A DNA stretch of 64,000 nucleotides from an uncultured Oscillospiraceae bacterium (GTDB lineage Bacteria > Bacillota > Clostridia > Oscillospirales > Oscillospiraceae), in assembly GCA_934590355.1 (NCBI GenBank), contig CAKTOX010000001.1, positions 69,249-133,248 of the forward strand, written 5' to 3'. The notes under the pieces are model-generated. The model made no database searches and had not been told where the DNA came from. It saw only the letters and a program-made list of their open reading frames with translations. The translations under genes and the position numbers were made by a program. Below are positions 25,732-35,441 of the stretch, piece after piece. How positions within the stretch are numbered: position 1 is the stretch's first letter; the number at the start of each line of letters is the position of its first letter.

Positions 25732-26976
25732 ATGCTGAAGAAAAAATGCAAGAAGCTTTTTGCTTTCGCGTTGGCTATGGTCATGACCCTGAGTGTTATG
25801 TTCTCGCTCATGTCCGTTTCCGCGTTTGCAGTTACCCAGTCGGAGATCGACGCGCTTAAATCGCAGCGCTCCGAGCTGAGAGATCAGAAAAGCGGCGTTC
25901 AGTCCACCATCAATTCTCTCCAGGGTCAGCAGAGCGATCAGATAGCGCTCAAGAATGCGCTTGACGAGAAAAACGCCATCACCGTAAAGCAGATACTTAA
26001 CCTTACCGAACAGATAGACCTGCACACCTCGCTCATCGAGCAGAAGACCGTTGAGGTCGAGGAGGCGCAGAAGGTCGCCGACGAGCAGCTTGAGAAATAC
26101 AAGGTGCGTGTGCGCGCGATGGAGGAGGCCGGCAGATATAATTACTTCGAAGTCCTCTTCGGTGCAAACAGCATCGGCGAGTTCCTGAGCCTTATCGACG
26201 ACATCGGCGATATCATGAAGAGCGACAAGGAGCTTGAGGATTCTTACCGCCGGTCCGTCACCGAGCTTGAGACCGTCAAGACCGAGTATGAGGAAGCCAA
26301 GGCCGATATGGAGGACACCAAGGCGGAGCTTGAGGCCCTCAAGGTGCAGCAGGAGAAGGATATTGCTCAGGCAGACGCGGTCATCGCCACCTTGCAGGGG
26401 CAGATAAGCTCCAACTCCGGTATGCTCAGCCAGCTCACCGCTCAGGAGCAGCAGCTCAATAAGGACATCCAAGACAAGGTCAATGAGCTCAACCGCCAGA
26501 ACGAGCAGAATAAGCCTCAGCCCAATCCGGGCGGAGGCAGCACAGTCGGCACCGGCAATCTCGTATGGCCGAGCTACTGCACCTACATAACCAGCCGTCA
26601 GGGTCCGCGCACCCACCCCGTCACGGGCGAATATAAAAACCACGGCGGCACCGACATCGGCGCAAGCTACGGCAGCGCGATCTACGCGGCGGACTCCGGC
26701 ACGGTCGTGCGCTCCTCCGACGGTTGGAACGGCGGTTGGGGCAACTACGTCATGATCGACCACGGCAACGGAATGCAGACGCTTTACGCGCATATGTCCT
26801 CCCGCGCCGTCTCCGTAGGACAGACCGTTTCCCGCGGCCAGACCATCGGCTACGTCGGCTCCACCGGTATGTCCACCGGCCCGCATCTGCATTTTGAGAT
26901 GTACGTCAACGGCTCGAGGATAGACCCGCAGACCAAGTACCCCGGCGTCAGCTTCACCTACTCCGCCTCAGCATGA
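25732..26976 (+). CDS. M23-family peptidoglycan DD-metalloendopeptidase with N-terminal signal peptide and coiled coil (EnvC-like)
   Basis: HPVTGEYKNHGGTDI, NYVMIDHGNG, GSTGMSTGPHLHFE zinc-ligand motifs; about 230 aa of heptad-rich coiled coil before the catalytic domain. Confidence 0.9.
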   Translation: MLKKKCKKLFAFALAMVMTLSVMFSLMSVSAFAVTQSEIDALKSQRSELRDQKSGVQSTINSLQGQQSDQIALKNALDEKNAITVKQILNLTEQIDLHTSLIEQKTVEVEEAQKVADEQLEKYKVRVRAMEEAGRYNYFEVLFGANSIGEFLSLIDDIGDIMKSDKELEDSYRRSVTELETVKTEYEEAKADMEDTKAELEALKVQQEKDIAQADAVIATLQGQISSNSGMLSQLTAQEQQLNKDIQDKVNELNRQNEQNKPQPNPGGGSTVGTGNLVWPSYCTYITSRQGPRTHPVTGEYKNHGGTDIGASYGSAIYAADSGTVVRSSDGWNGGWGNYVMIDHGNGMQTLYAHMSSRAVSVGQTVSRGQTIGYVGSTGMSTGPHLHFEMYVNGSRIDPQTKYPGVSFTYSASA

Positions 26977-26989
26977 TGTGAATAATTTA

Positions 26990-27020
26990 CCCTCCCGTGT
27001 CAGACACGGGAGGGTTTTTT
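26990..27020 (+). terminator. Rho-independent terminator after the M23 gene
   Basis: 11-bp stem CCCTCCCGTGT/ACACGGGAGGG, loop CAG, then TTTTTT. Confidence 0.85.
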
Positions 27021-27055
27021 ACGCTTCGGCGGATATGAAAAACCGAGGAGCATAT

Positions 27056-27089
27056 AAAAACCCGAGAAGCACTTGCTTCTCGGGTTTTT
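27056..27089. terminator. bidirectional terminator (ends the minus-strand operon 30255-27094)
   Basis: 10-bp stem CCCGAGAAGC/GCTTCTCGGG flanked by AAAAA and TTTTT. Confidence 0.8.
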
Positions 27090-27093
27090 GTTA

Positions 27094-27789
27094 TCACGGA
27101 TGGGGCTTGCCCTCGCGGTAGGCAGCCATGATGTCGCGGAACACCTCGCCGTTGGAGGGGGGCGTCCAGGTTATGGCGTTTGCTCCGGCAGCGATGGTCT
27201 CCATGATGCTCTCCTCGGTGGGGCCGCCGGTCGCAATGACGGGCACATCCGGGTGAGTCCTCTTAATTCTGCGCACTATCTCGGGCGTATCGCCCGCCGC
27301 GGAGACATTGAACAGGTCTGCACCCGCCGCAAGGCGAGCCTCAATATCGACCTCCTTGCGCGCTATCGTGACGACGACGGGAATATCGACCGTGTTTCGC
27401 ACGAGCGAGAGCACGTCGTTTGAGGTCGGGTCGTTGAGAACGACGCCGGTAGCGCCCTGCATTTCGGCAAACATCGCAAGATTGACCGCTCTTTGACCCT
27501 GGGTCAAACCGCCGCCGACGCCGGAGAAAACGGGAATGTCCGCCGCGGAAAGCAGCGCCTGAGTGATAATGGGCTGCGGTGTGAAAGGGTAGACCGCCAG
27601 GATCGCATCGGCGTTCACATTACGTATGATGCTGATGTCGGTCGAAAACACGAGCGACTTTATCCTCTTGCCGAACACGAGGATGCCGCTGCATTTGTAG
27701 ATGCATTCCGGCACGCGCAGCGCGAATTTTCGAAGCGTGCCGTCCAGTGCGTTGGGAAATTTTTTCTCAATAGATACTTCATCATGCAT
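27094..27789 (-). CDS. uncharacterised TIM-barrel-like phosphate-binding protein
   Basis: 231 aa from ATG 27789 (GGAGAG RBS, 8-nt overlap with the upstream gene); alternating beta/alpha pattern with GVGGG and ATGGP glycine-rich loops; family not recognised with certainty. Confidence 0.35.
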   Translation of the reverse strand: MHDEVSIEKKFPNALDGTLRKFALRVPECIYKCSGILVFGKRIKSLVFSTDISIIRNVNADAILAVYPFTPQPIITQALLSAADIPVFSGVGGGLTQGQRAVNLAMFAEMQGATGVVLNDPTSNDVLSLVRNTVDIPVVVTIARKEVDIEARLAAGADLFNVSAAGDTPEIVRRIKRTHPDVPVIATGGPTEESIMETIAAGANAITWTPPSNGEVFRDIMAAYREGKPHP

Positions 27790-28939
27790 AATTTTCACTC
27801 TCCAATATTCTTTTAAATGCCTCAACGCCGACGAGGAGCGCCTCCTCGTCAAAGTCAAAGCGGCTGCTGTGCAGCGGCGCGCCGCCTCGTCCTCCGTTAA
27901 CGCCGAGGAACATGAACATACCTTCCACTTCCTGCTGATACTCAGCAAAATCCTCCGCCGCCATTACGGGCTCGACAAGGACGACGTCCTCCATCGAGTC
28001 GATGACGGTGTAAAACTTTTCAACCATACTGCGCGGGTTCGCAACGTACGGATAATGAACCACTGTCTCGAATTTTATGCTTGCGCCCGTGGCGAGCTCA
28101 AGGCCCTTCAAAAGTGCGGTTATCTGCTTCATGAGCCTGTCAAACAGGTCGTTGCTGAAAACGCGCAGAGTGCCGCTCATGGTGACCTCCTCGGCAATGA
28201 CGTTATGCGAGGTGCCGCCCTCGATCTTGCCGAGAGTGAGCAGCGCGTCCTGATGCGGGTCAACGTCGCGGGTTATTATCGACTGCACCATCGTTATTAG
28301 CTCCGCCGCAACGACTATCGCGTCAACGCCCATCTGCGGAGTCGAGGCATGGGCGCTTTTGCCGTGTATTTTAATGACGAAGTCGCTCGTCTGCGCCATG
28401 AGGTTCTCCCAGCGTATGCCTATCTTGCCCTCGGGCACGGTCGGCCAAAGATGCAGACCGTAGATGCGGTCTACCTTGGGATTTGTCAGTGCGCCCTCGT
28501 TTATCATCTGCCTTGCGCCTGCCCAGCCCTCTTCGCCGGGCTGGAACAGCAGCACGACATTGCAGCGCAGCTTGCTGCGGTTGTGCGATATCCACTTTGC
28601 AAGAAGCAGCAGTATCGTCATGTGTCCGTCGTGGCCGCAGCCGTGCATGACGCCGCGGTGTCTTGAGCGGAAGCGCACGCGGTTTTCCTCGGTGTTTCTC
28701 ATGCCGTCCATGTCCGCACGGAAAGCGATGGTGCGCTCTGCGCCCTTGGCATAGAAAATGACCTTGAAGCCCGTTTGGGCAAGCGTAATGAGCTCGTCCG
28801 GGCGGCAGTCTTCGAGAATGGGGCGAATATATTCGTGCGTTTTGTGAAGCTCAAAGCCGATCTCCGGTATGCGGTGGAGGTCGCGGCGTATTTTAATACA
28901 ATCGTCTCTCATGCTGAGGATCTGGTCGCTTATCTGCAT
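27782..28939 (-). CDS. M20-family amidohydrolase (N-acyl-L-amino-acid amidohydrolase/hippurate hydrolase-like)
   Basis: 385 aa; RADMDGM, MHGCGHDGHMTILL, PGEEG metal-ligand motifs. Confidence 0.85.
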   Translation of the reverse strand: MQISDQILSMRDDCIKIRRDLHRIPEIGFELHKTHEYIRPILEDCRPDELITLAQTGFKVIFYAKGAERTIAFRADMDGMRNTEENRVRFRSRHRGVMHGCGHDGHMTILLLLAKWISHNRSKLRCNVVLLFQPGEEGWAGARQMINEGALTNPKVDRIYGLHLWPTVPEGKIGIRWENLMAQTSDFVIKIHGKSAHASTPQMGVDAIVVAAELITMVQSIITRDVDPHQDALLTLGKIEGGTSHNVIAEEVTMSGTLRVFSNDLFDRLMKQITALLKGLELATGASIKFETVVHYPYVANPRSMVEKFYTVIDSMEDVVLVEPVMAAEDFAEYQQEVEGMFMFLGVNGGRGGAPLHSSRFDFDEEALLVGVEAFKRILESENYA

Positions 28940-28940
28940 A

Positions 28941-29516
28941 TCATTTCTCCGTAGCTATATATGTAGTGAGTCCCTCGGTTTTTATCCTGACTTCGCCCGC
29001 GTGCCGCGCAAGCATGAGCGCGGTGTAGCCGTCGCCGACCGTACCCGTAAGGTTAACAATGAATATCGCATAGCACTGCCAGAAGAATTTACCCGGCAGC
29101 ACGAGCATCAGAAGCACCATCGCAAGGCACACCGCGAGAGCCGGCGCAAAGCTAATCGTCATAAAGCTCTTTTTGTCGAGCCAGCAGCGAAACTCCGTGT
29201 ACGCCCAATACTTTTCGCGCACGATGCGCGCGGGCTTTCCCGTGACCCTGCCGACGACGGCGCATTTTATATACTCGCTTATATAAAGGCTCACAACGCA
29301 CATCACCGTTACAAGCACCATACGCAGCGCCAGCATCACAGCGCCCGCCGTTTCAAACAGAAGCCCGATATCCTTCACAAGGCTTCCGAGCAGCACGAGC
29401 ACGACCGCGATGACGGCAGCGGCGCCGCACAGCTTCAGCCGCAGCCGCGCGTCCTTTTCCGGCTCGATCACGAGCGTCCGCTCGAAGCCCTCCGGCAGCT
29501 TATTTTCAAACGTCAT
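28941..29516 (-). CDS. DUF3267-like membrane protein (putative zincin fold, HExxH degenerate)
   Basis: 191 aa from ATG 29516; four hydrophobic helices; C-terminal NLTGTVGDGY resembles the DUF3267 signature, but the HExxH position reads SEYIK. Confidence 0.4.
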   Translation of the reverse strand: MTFENKLPEGFERTLVIEPEKDARLRLKLCGAAAVIAVVLVLLGSLVKDIGLLFETAGAVMLALRMVLVTVMCVVSLYISEYIKCAVVGRVTGKPARIVREKYWAYTEFRCWLDKKSFMTISFAPALAVCLAMVLLMLVLPGKFFWQCYAIFIVNLTGTVGDGYTALMLARHAGEVRIKTEGLTTYIATEK

Positions 29517-29520
29517 TTTA

Positions 29521-30255
29521 TCACCGCATTTCCGGCAGCGGTATGCTCTTTTCAAGCAGCACCTTGCCAAAGCACATTATCGTTATCCCGGAGCTTGCGG
29601 GGATAAACACGTCCGCATCGCTTCTGTCACGGTTTGCGGAAAACAGGTGAACGTTGCCCGTATAATCCTGACAATACTGCTTGCACTTCATATCGCCGTC
29701 AACGAAAAACAGTCCGACGTCGCCGTCGTGGATTATTTCGCCGCGCCTGCACAGCGCGACCGAGCCGTCTTTAATATACGGCTGCATACTGTCGCCGTCT
29801 ATGCGCACGGCAAAGTCCGCCCTTGACGACGCGGGAACACTGTAATCCTCATAGTCGTCGCCCAGCGCCGGAGCGGCATAGCCTGCCGCGGCAGCCGTGG
29901 CATAAAGGGGGATTATCTTGGAGTCGGGCTTTTCGGTCTTTACCTCGGCATCAGGCTGCGCGCAAGACAGCTCATGCTCGATGACCATATCGACAAGGCT
30001 CTTCCCACTGTCTGTCAAACGACGGTACTTCCCGATAAACTGCCACTCGCGCAGGTCGGGCATTTTCGGAAGCTCCGTGTCGCAAAAGCGCTCGACCGGC
30101 ACACCGAGCTCGCGGCAGATATGCACCATCATGTCAAAATCGACCTTCTGATTATCGCGCTTGACCATGCTGTAAAGCGTCTGCGGGGATACGTTGAGCC
30201 GCCGAGCAAGCTCGCTTATATTCACATCCTGCTCGCGGAGTATCTCCTTCAGCAT
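29521..30255 (-). CDS. XRE-family HTH repressor fused to an S24 (LexA/CI-like) self-cleaving peptidase domain
   Basis: HTH ISELARRLNVSPQTLYSMVKRDN; S24 Ser motif DGDSMQP and Lys in DGDMKCKQY; an alternative GTG start at 30267 lies 7 nt after GGAGG. Confidence 0.8.
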   Translation of the reverse strand: MLKEILREQDVNISELARRLNVSPQTLYSMVKRDNQKVDFDMMVHICRELGVPVERFCDTELPKMPDLREWQFIGKYRRLTDSGKSLVDMVIEHELSCAQPDAEVKTEKPDSKIIPLYATAAAAGYAAPALGDDYEDYSVPASSRADFAVRIDGDSMQPYIKDGSVALCRRGEIIHDGDVGLFFVDGDMKCKQYCQDYTGNVHLFSANRDRSDADVFIPASSGITIMCFGKVLLEKSIPLPEMR

Positions 30256-30367
30256 CGAACCACGCACCGGACACACCTCCAAGTATACTATGATATAATA
30301 AGAATATCATTACACGCTTTTTATGTCAAGGGATAATTAAACGAGCGCAGTTTATGAGTATGCGGAT

Positions 30368-30396
30368 TTGACAATCGTTTTGCCTGCGTGTATCAT
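30368..30396 (+). promoter_or_regulatory. promoter of the P-type ATPase operon
   Basis: TTGACA (30368-30373), 17 nt, TATCAT (30391-30396). Confidence 0.55.
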
Positions 30397-30430
30397 TTAT
30401 TCTGGTGTTTTGTTACACGGAGGAATAATT

Positions 30431-32299
30431 ATGCGAAAAACAAGAAAAAAGCGCAGCAGGACGAGCGTTGAGCTTGAGCGTGAGCTTCTGATGCCGGCTC
30501 TGTCGCTGATGCTGCTTATAATAGTGAGCATTATTAAGGACGAGGTGCGAATGCAGTCGTGGCTCATTTCGGTACTGAGCATTTTGCCTATCATAGCTGC
30601 CGCAGTGCCGGTGGTGAGGAAAATCCCCGGAAAGAAGCTTCTGTCGGCGGAAGCGCTCGTCACGCTCGCCTGCATCGGCACAGCCGCAATGGGCAATTTC
30701 GGCGAGAGCTACACCGTCATGCTCATATTCGCGCTCACCGGCTGCTTCGGCATTTACGCCGACGGCAAGGCACACGCGCGCACGCCGGGGCTGTGTATGC
30801 TGCGCCCGGAATTTGTCCGAGTCGAGCAGGACGGCAGGGAGAATCTCGTTGACCCGGAACGTATTCGCCCGGGCACGGTGATGACCGTGGAAAAGGACGA
30901 GCTTATCCCGCTTGACGGAATTATCGTCGACGGCAGCGGCACGGTCGACTCCGCACCCTATACGGGGCAAACGACGCTCATAGACGTCGGCGCGGGCGTT
31001 GAGGTGGTGTCCGGCTGCATAAACCGCGGCGGCACGCTCAGAATTCGCACCACTGTTTTATATAACAACTCCACCCTCGTGCGCGCATCGGAGGCCGCGG
31101 AAAGAGCGCCCCTCTATGCGGGTCGGCGCGAGGTGCGGATCTCGAAAATCGCAAAGCGCTTTACCCCCGTCGTGTTCGTGCTTGCCGTAATTTTCGCGGT
31201 GACGGCGTCCATAATAACGGGCGACTGGCTCGAATGGGTGCACAAGGCGCTCATATTCCTTGTCGTTGCATCGTGTGCGCAGACGCTCTCCGGCGTTTGG
31301 CTCATTTATTTTAACTCCATGTGCTGCGCGGTGGACCACGGCATAATCGTGCGCGGCAAAACGGAGCTTGACACACTTGCAAAGGTCTCCACCGTCGTCA
31401 TGGACAAAACCGGCACCGTCACCGAGGGCAGCTTCTCCGTCATCGGCGCAGAGCCCGTCGGAATAAGCAGCGCAGACCTCATCACGCTCGCAGCCGCGGC
31501 GGAATACGGCTCGAGCCACCCTATCGCCGTTTCGCTTCGCAGGGCCTGCCCGAGCATTCCCGCCCCCAAGCACATCAGCGATATGCGCGAGCTGCCCGGC
31601 CGCGGAGTCGAGGCAAAGGTCTACGGACGGCAGGTGCTCGTGGGTACGGAGGCTCTCATGCGCTCAAACGGCATCTCCTGCCGCTATGCCGACAGGCATC
31701 AGTCCGTCGTGCACGTTGCGGCGGGCGGCATATACTACGGCTATATCATCATTGACGACCGTGTCAAGGACGGCGCAAAGGACGCGGTGCGCGAGCTGTA
31801 TGCTCTGGGCATCGAAAAGACCGTCCTGCTCACAGGCGACAGCGAGCGCACGGGGCGCGCCGTCGGCAGAGCGCTCGGAGTCAGCGAGGTGATGACGCAG
31901 CTCACCCCCGAGGACAAGGTCATCGCCGTCAGTGAGCTCATGCGCGAAAAGCACACCGGCAGACTCACCTTCGTGGGCGACGCAATAAGCGACGCGAGGG
32001 TTCTCGCAAGATCCGACTGCGGCGTTGCGATGGGCGCGATGAATCCGAGCTCGGCAGCGTCGAAGGCGCCGGTGCTCATAATGAGCGATGATATTCGCAA
32101 GCTGCCGCAGGCGCTGCGTATCTGCAAACGCGCCTCAAAGACCGTGCGGCTGAGCGTTGCCGCCGCCTGTGTAGTTAAGCTGGCGATCATACTGCTGGCA
32201 GCCCTCGGCTCGGTCGGCATGATAGCCGCAGTCACAGCGGAATGTGCGCTTTCCGTAATAACGGACGCCGCCGCGCTGCGCATATACGATAAGGAGTAA
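30431..32299 (+). CDS. P1B-like P-type ATPase with degenerate transport motifs
   Basis: 622 aa from ATG 30431 (GGAGG RBS); DKTGT, SHPIA, LLTGD and GDAISD present; no N-terminal CxxC/HMA domain; CPC position reads SCA; TGE reads TGQ. Confidence 0.8.
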   Translation: MRKTRKKRSRTSVELERELLMPALSLMLLIIVSIIKDEVRMQSWLISVLSILPIIAAAVPVVRKIPGKKLLSAEALVTLACIGTAAMGNFGESYTVMLIFALTGCFGIYADGKAHARTPGLCMLRPEFVRVEQDGRENLVDPERIRPGTVMTVEKDELIPLDGIIVDGSGTVDSAPYTGQTTLIDVGAGVEVVSGCINRGGTLRIRTTVLYNNSTLVRASEAAERAPLYAGRREVRISKIAKRFTPVVFVLAVIFAVTASIITGDWLEWVHKALIFLVVASCAQTLSGVWLIYFNSMCCAVDHGIIVRGKTELDTLAKVSTVVMDKTGTVTEGSFSVIGAEPVGISSADLITLAAAAEYGSSHPIAVSLRRACPSIPAPKHISDMRELPGRGVEAKVYGRQVLVGTEALMRSNGISCRYADRHQSVVHVAAGGIYYGYIIIDDRVKDGAKDAVRELYALGIEKTVLLTGDSERTGRAVGRALGVSEVMTQLTPEDKVIAVSELMREKHTGRLTFVGDAISDARVLARSDCGVAMGAMNPSSAASKAPVLIMSDDIRKLPQALRICKRASKTVRLSVAAACVVKLAIILLAALGSVGMIAAVTAECALSVITDAAALRIYDKE

Positions 32300-32301
32300 G
32301 C

Positions 32302-32874
32302 ATGAACACATTTGATTTTGACAAGACGATATTCTATCCCGACTCGTCAGTGACGTTTATTAAATGGTATCTGCACAAGCACCCGCTCAAGAGGCTGTGG
32401 TGGATACCGATGACCCTCGCCGCATTTTTGCTGTTTAAGCTGCACATCATCTCGAAGGAAAGGTTCAAGTCCTGCGGCTTTATCTTTATTCGCAAAATCG
32501 ACGATATCGACGCTCTCATGAACGAGTTCTGGGACGAGCACGAGGGGCAGATCGCCAAGTGGTATCTCGATATCAGACGCCCTGACGATCTCATCATCTC
32601 CGCCTCGCCGGAGTTCGTCGTAAAGCCAATGACCGACCGTCTCGGAGTCGAGCTTATCGCGACGCCCATGGATAAGCGCACAGCTTATCTCGAGCCGGGC
32701 AAAAACTGCTACGGCGAAGAAAAGGTACGCAGATTCTACGAGCGGCACCCCGGCGCCGTGACCGAGGCGTTTTACTCCGACTCGTTTTCCGACGCTCCCA
32801 TGGCGCGCATAGCCCAAAGCGCGTATCTCATCGTCGATAAGGGCCAGACCCCTATCCCATGGCCCGATAAATAG
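32302..32874 (+). CDS. HAD-superfamily hydrolase (subfamily IB-like)
   Basis: 190 aa; motif I FDFDKT at the N-terminus; starts 2 nt after the ATPase stop. Confidence 0.7.
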   Translation: MNTFDFDKTIFYPDSSVTFIKWYLHKHPLKRLWWIPMTLAAFLLFKLHIISKERFKSCGFIFIRKIDDIDALMNEFWDEHEGQIAKWYLDIRRPDDLIISASPEFVVKPMTDRLGVELIATPMDKRTAYLEPGKNCYGEEKVRRFYERHPGAVTEAFYSDSFSDAPMARIAQSAYLIVDKGQTPIPWPDK

Positions 32875-32875
32875 C

Positions 32876-32907
32876 AAAAAACCGCACCTGACAGGGTGCG
32901 GTTTTTT
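32876..32907. terminator. bidirectional terminator
   Basis: ACCGCACC-TGACAG-GGTGCGGT flanked by AAAAAA and TTTTTT. Confidence 0.85.
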
Positions 32908-32918
32908 GGTTCTAATTA

Positions 32919-34016
32919 TCAAAAGCCTAATTTAATGAGGTTTCTGTCGTTTGCAAAGCCGCTCATTTCCGCGACGAAGAGTATCTCATCGACGCCGTAG
33001 TCTTCAATAAGCTGCTGGGTCGAGCCCGCAAAATAGCGCATATCGAGCATGATTATCGTTTCGTAATCCGCCGTGAGCATCGGTGCGAGGCTGTTGGCAA
33101 ACGAGTCCTTTATCATGAGAAGTGTTTTGCCGTTTGTGCAGCCGCCCGTTATCACGGTCTGGCCGTAGTTACCGCCGAAAAAGACCTTGTACTTATCCTT
33201 TTCATTCGCTGCCGCCATGTTATACAACGTCGATTCCTTGCCGTCGGCGGTGACGCTCACGCCGTCGGGCACTGCGGAAATATAGACCTTGTCGGGTCTT
33301 GCGGCGGGGTCAAGGGTCTTTGAATAGGTCGTGCCGAGGAAGGAGTCGCTGAAAAGCTCGGGCGAGGCCTTGTACGCGCCGTCGGGCAGCAGCGTTTTAT
33401 ACGCCGTGTGCGCTCCGTACCACGTCCAGTGGTGGTCGGTGCGGTAATAAAGCTGATGATCCTTGTTGTTGAGCATCGCCGAATAAAGGTCGGGCACGTT
33501 CACGCCCGGCAGCGCGTTCCTGACGGTTTCGTATATTTTCTGCGCGTCATACATCTGCGCGTGAGCGGGCAGCTTATCGTTCATGACCGTACCCGTTGCG
33601 GGCACGAGGAGCATCGTCGCCGGCACGCCCTCGTTCTTTTCGGTAAACTCCTTGACGAGGCCGAGGTTTCGCCTGAGCGTTTCGTCGTTAACATCGTCTG
33701 GAGTTATCTTCTCCATGTAATACCCGTCGCGGCCGAGATATGCGCCGCCTATGTCCTTGAAGCCGGCAAGCTTTTTTATGCCCGTGCCGAGGCGGGTCCA
33801 TGTATCGCGTGCGGGGAACTGGTCGGAAATATACGAGGTTATCTTCTCCTGAAACGAGCCTGAGAGTATGCTGTTCACGCTAAGCTCCGGCGCGGTTTGG
33901 AGCATACGGTTTTCGTTGTCGGAGAAGGTCTTATCCTCGCCCGCAAAGACGAGCACCGCCGGCAGCGCTATGACCGCGAGGAAGAGTGCGATAAGCGCAA
34001 TATGGAATTTTTTCAT
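32919..34016 (-). CDS. DHHW-family protein (MBOAT-associated extracytoplasmic partner)
   Basis: Signal-anchor MKKFHIALIALFLAVIAL and the name-giving motif YYRTDHHWTWYGAH; ATG 34016 lies 5 nt after GAGGTGA (the ORF track begins at GTG 34025 inside the RBS). Confidence 0.8.
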   Translation of the reverse strand: MKKFHIALIALFLAVIALPAVLVFAGEDKTFSDNENRMLQTAPELSVNSILSGSFQEKITSYISDQFPARDTWTRLGTGIKKLAGFKDIGGAYLGRDGYYMEKITPDDVNDETLRRNLGLVKEFTEKNEGVPATMLLVPATGTVMNDKLPAHAQMYDAQKIYETVRNALPGVNVPDLYSAMLNNKDHQLYYRTDHHWTWYGAHTAYKTLLPDGAYKASPELFSDSFLGTTYSKTLDPAARPDKVYISAVPDGVSVTADGKESTLYNMAAANEKDKYKVFFGGNYGQTVITGGCTNGKTLLMIKDSFANSLAPMLTADYETIIMLDMRYFAGSTQQLIEDYGVDEILFVAEMSGFANDRNLIKLGF

Positions 34017-34028
34017 AACACTCACCTC

Positions 34029-35429
34029 TTAAAATCTGAAGTACAGGAAGGGATTGTAGCTGTCGCCGATGAGGAACACCATACTGACGGCAAGCAGCAC
34101 AAGGGTGAGCACGCCGCGCACCGCAAACGCGCCCTTTTCGCCGAGCTTGTCCGTTGCGGTGACGAAAAGCCGCTTGGGAAGCTGAGTGGACGCAACGGCG
34201 CAGACTATAAGCAGCACGCCCTTCGTCGTCAGCCAGTACACGTCGAGCCCGCCGAGGGCACCGTTAGCGCCGAACATTGAGCCGAGGTACGGCAGCATCA
34301 CGCTCACGTCGTCGCTTGCGAAGATGACCCAGCCGATGACGATGAGAAACAGCGCATATATATGGCGGACGAATTTCGGGGTCTTGTCGAGCGCCTTGAG
34401 AAGAAACAGCTTTTCGACAAACAGTATCACGAAATAATACAGTCCCCACATGATGAAGTTCCAGCCCGCGCCGTGCCAAAAGCCCGTGAGCGACCAGACT
34501 ATCAGGAGGTTGAGCGCCTGACGCGCAAGGCCGCGGCGGTTGCCGCCGAGCGGAATATAGAGATACTCCTTGAACCACGTGCTCAGGGTTATATGCCATC
34601 TGCGCCAGAAATCGGTTATCGACACGGACTGGTACGGATAGTTGAAGTTCTCGGGGAACTTAAAGCCGAACATCTTGCCGAGGCCGATCGCCATGTCCGA
34701 ATAGCCGGAGAAGTCAAAATAGATCTGGAAGGTGAACGCCGCTGCGCCTACCCATGCGGCAAGCGCACCGCTCACGCCGCCCATCGCGTAAATTTCGCTC
34801 CACACCGCGCCTATCTGGTTTGCAAGCAGCACCTTCTTGCCGAGACCCACGACAAAGCGCATGACGCCCTCGGCAAACTCTCCGCTCATAACGCTGCGCT
34901 GCGCAAGCTGATCCTCAACGTCGGAGTAGCGCACTATGGGGCCCGCTATGAGCTGCGGGAACATGGTGATATACATACCGAAGTCGATGAGATTTTTCTG
35001 CACGCGCACGTCGTCGCGGTAAACGTCGATGGTGTAGCTCATTGCCTGGAAGGTGTAGAAGGAAATACCTATGGGCAGGGCGATATGCAGGAGGTCAAAA
35101 TTCCCGCCGAAAACGGCGTTAACGTTCGTGATGATAAAATCCGTGTACTTAAACACGCCCAGGAGCCCGAGGTCAATGATGACAGACAAAACGAGCATGA
35201 GCTTGAGCCGCTTTGTGTTTGCGCGGTTTTTATCCATGAGCCTGCCGAAAATATAGTTTACCAGAATGGAGAACACCATCAGCAGAACGTACTTCGGCTC
35301 ACCCCATGCATAGAATATAAGGCTGGCTATCAGCAGGAATAAATTCCTCCCCCTCTTCGGGCAGATATAATACCCCAATAACACAAGGGGAAGATATACA
35401 CAAAGGAAGATAGTGCTGCTGAATACCAT
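34029..35429 (-). CDS. MBOAT-family O-acyltransferase (AlgI/DltB-like)
   Basis: 466 aa polytopic; conserved WRRWHITLSTWFKEYLYIPLGGNR block with the catalytic His. Confidence 0.9.
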   Translation of the reverse strand: MVFSSTIFLCVYLPLVLLGYYICPKRGRNLFLLIASLIFYAWGEPKYVLLMVFSILVNYIFGRLMDKNRANTKRLKLMLVLSVIIDLGLLGVFKYTDFIITNVNAVFGGNFDLLHIALPIGISFYTFQAMSYTIDVYRDDVRVQKNLIDFGMYITMFPQLIAGPIVRYSDVEDQLAQRSVMSGEFAEGVMRFVVGLGKKVLLANQIGAVWSEIYAMGGVSGALAAWVGAAAFTFQIYFDFSGYSDMAIGLGKMFGFKFPENFNYPYQSVSITDFWRRWHITLSTWFKEYLYIPLGGNRRGLARQALNLLIVWSLTGFWHGAGWNFIMWGLYYFVILFVEKLFLLKALDKTPKFVRHIYALFLIVIGWVIFASDDVSVMLPYLGSMFGANGALGGLDVYWLTTKGVLLIVCAVASTQLPKRLFVTATDKLGEKGAFAVRGVLTLVLLAVSMVFLIGDSYNPFLYFRF

Positions 35430-35441
35430 GTCTTAACTCCG

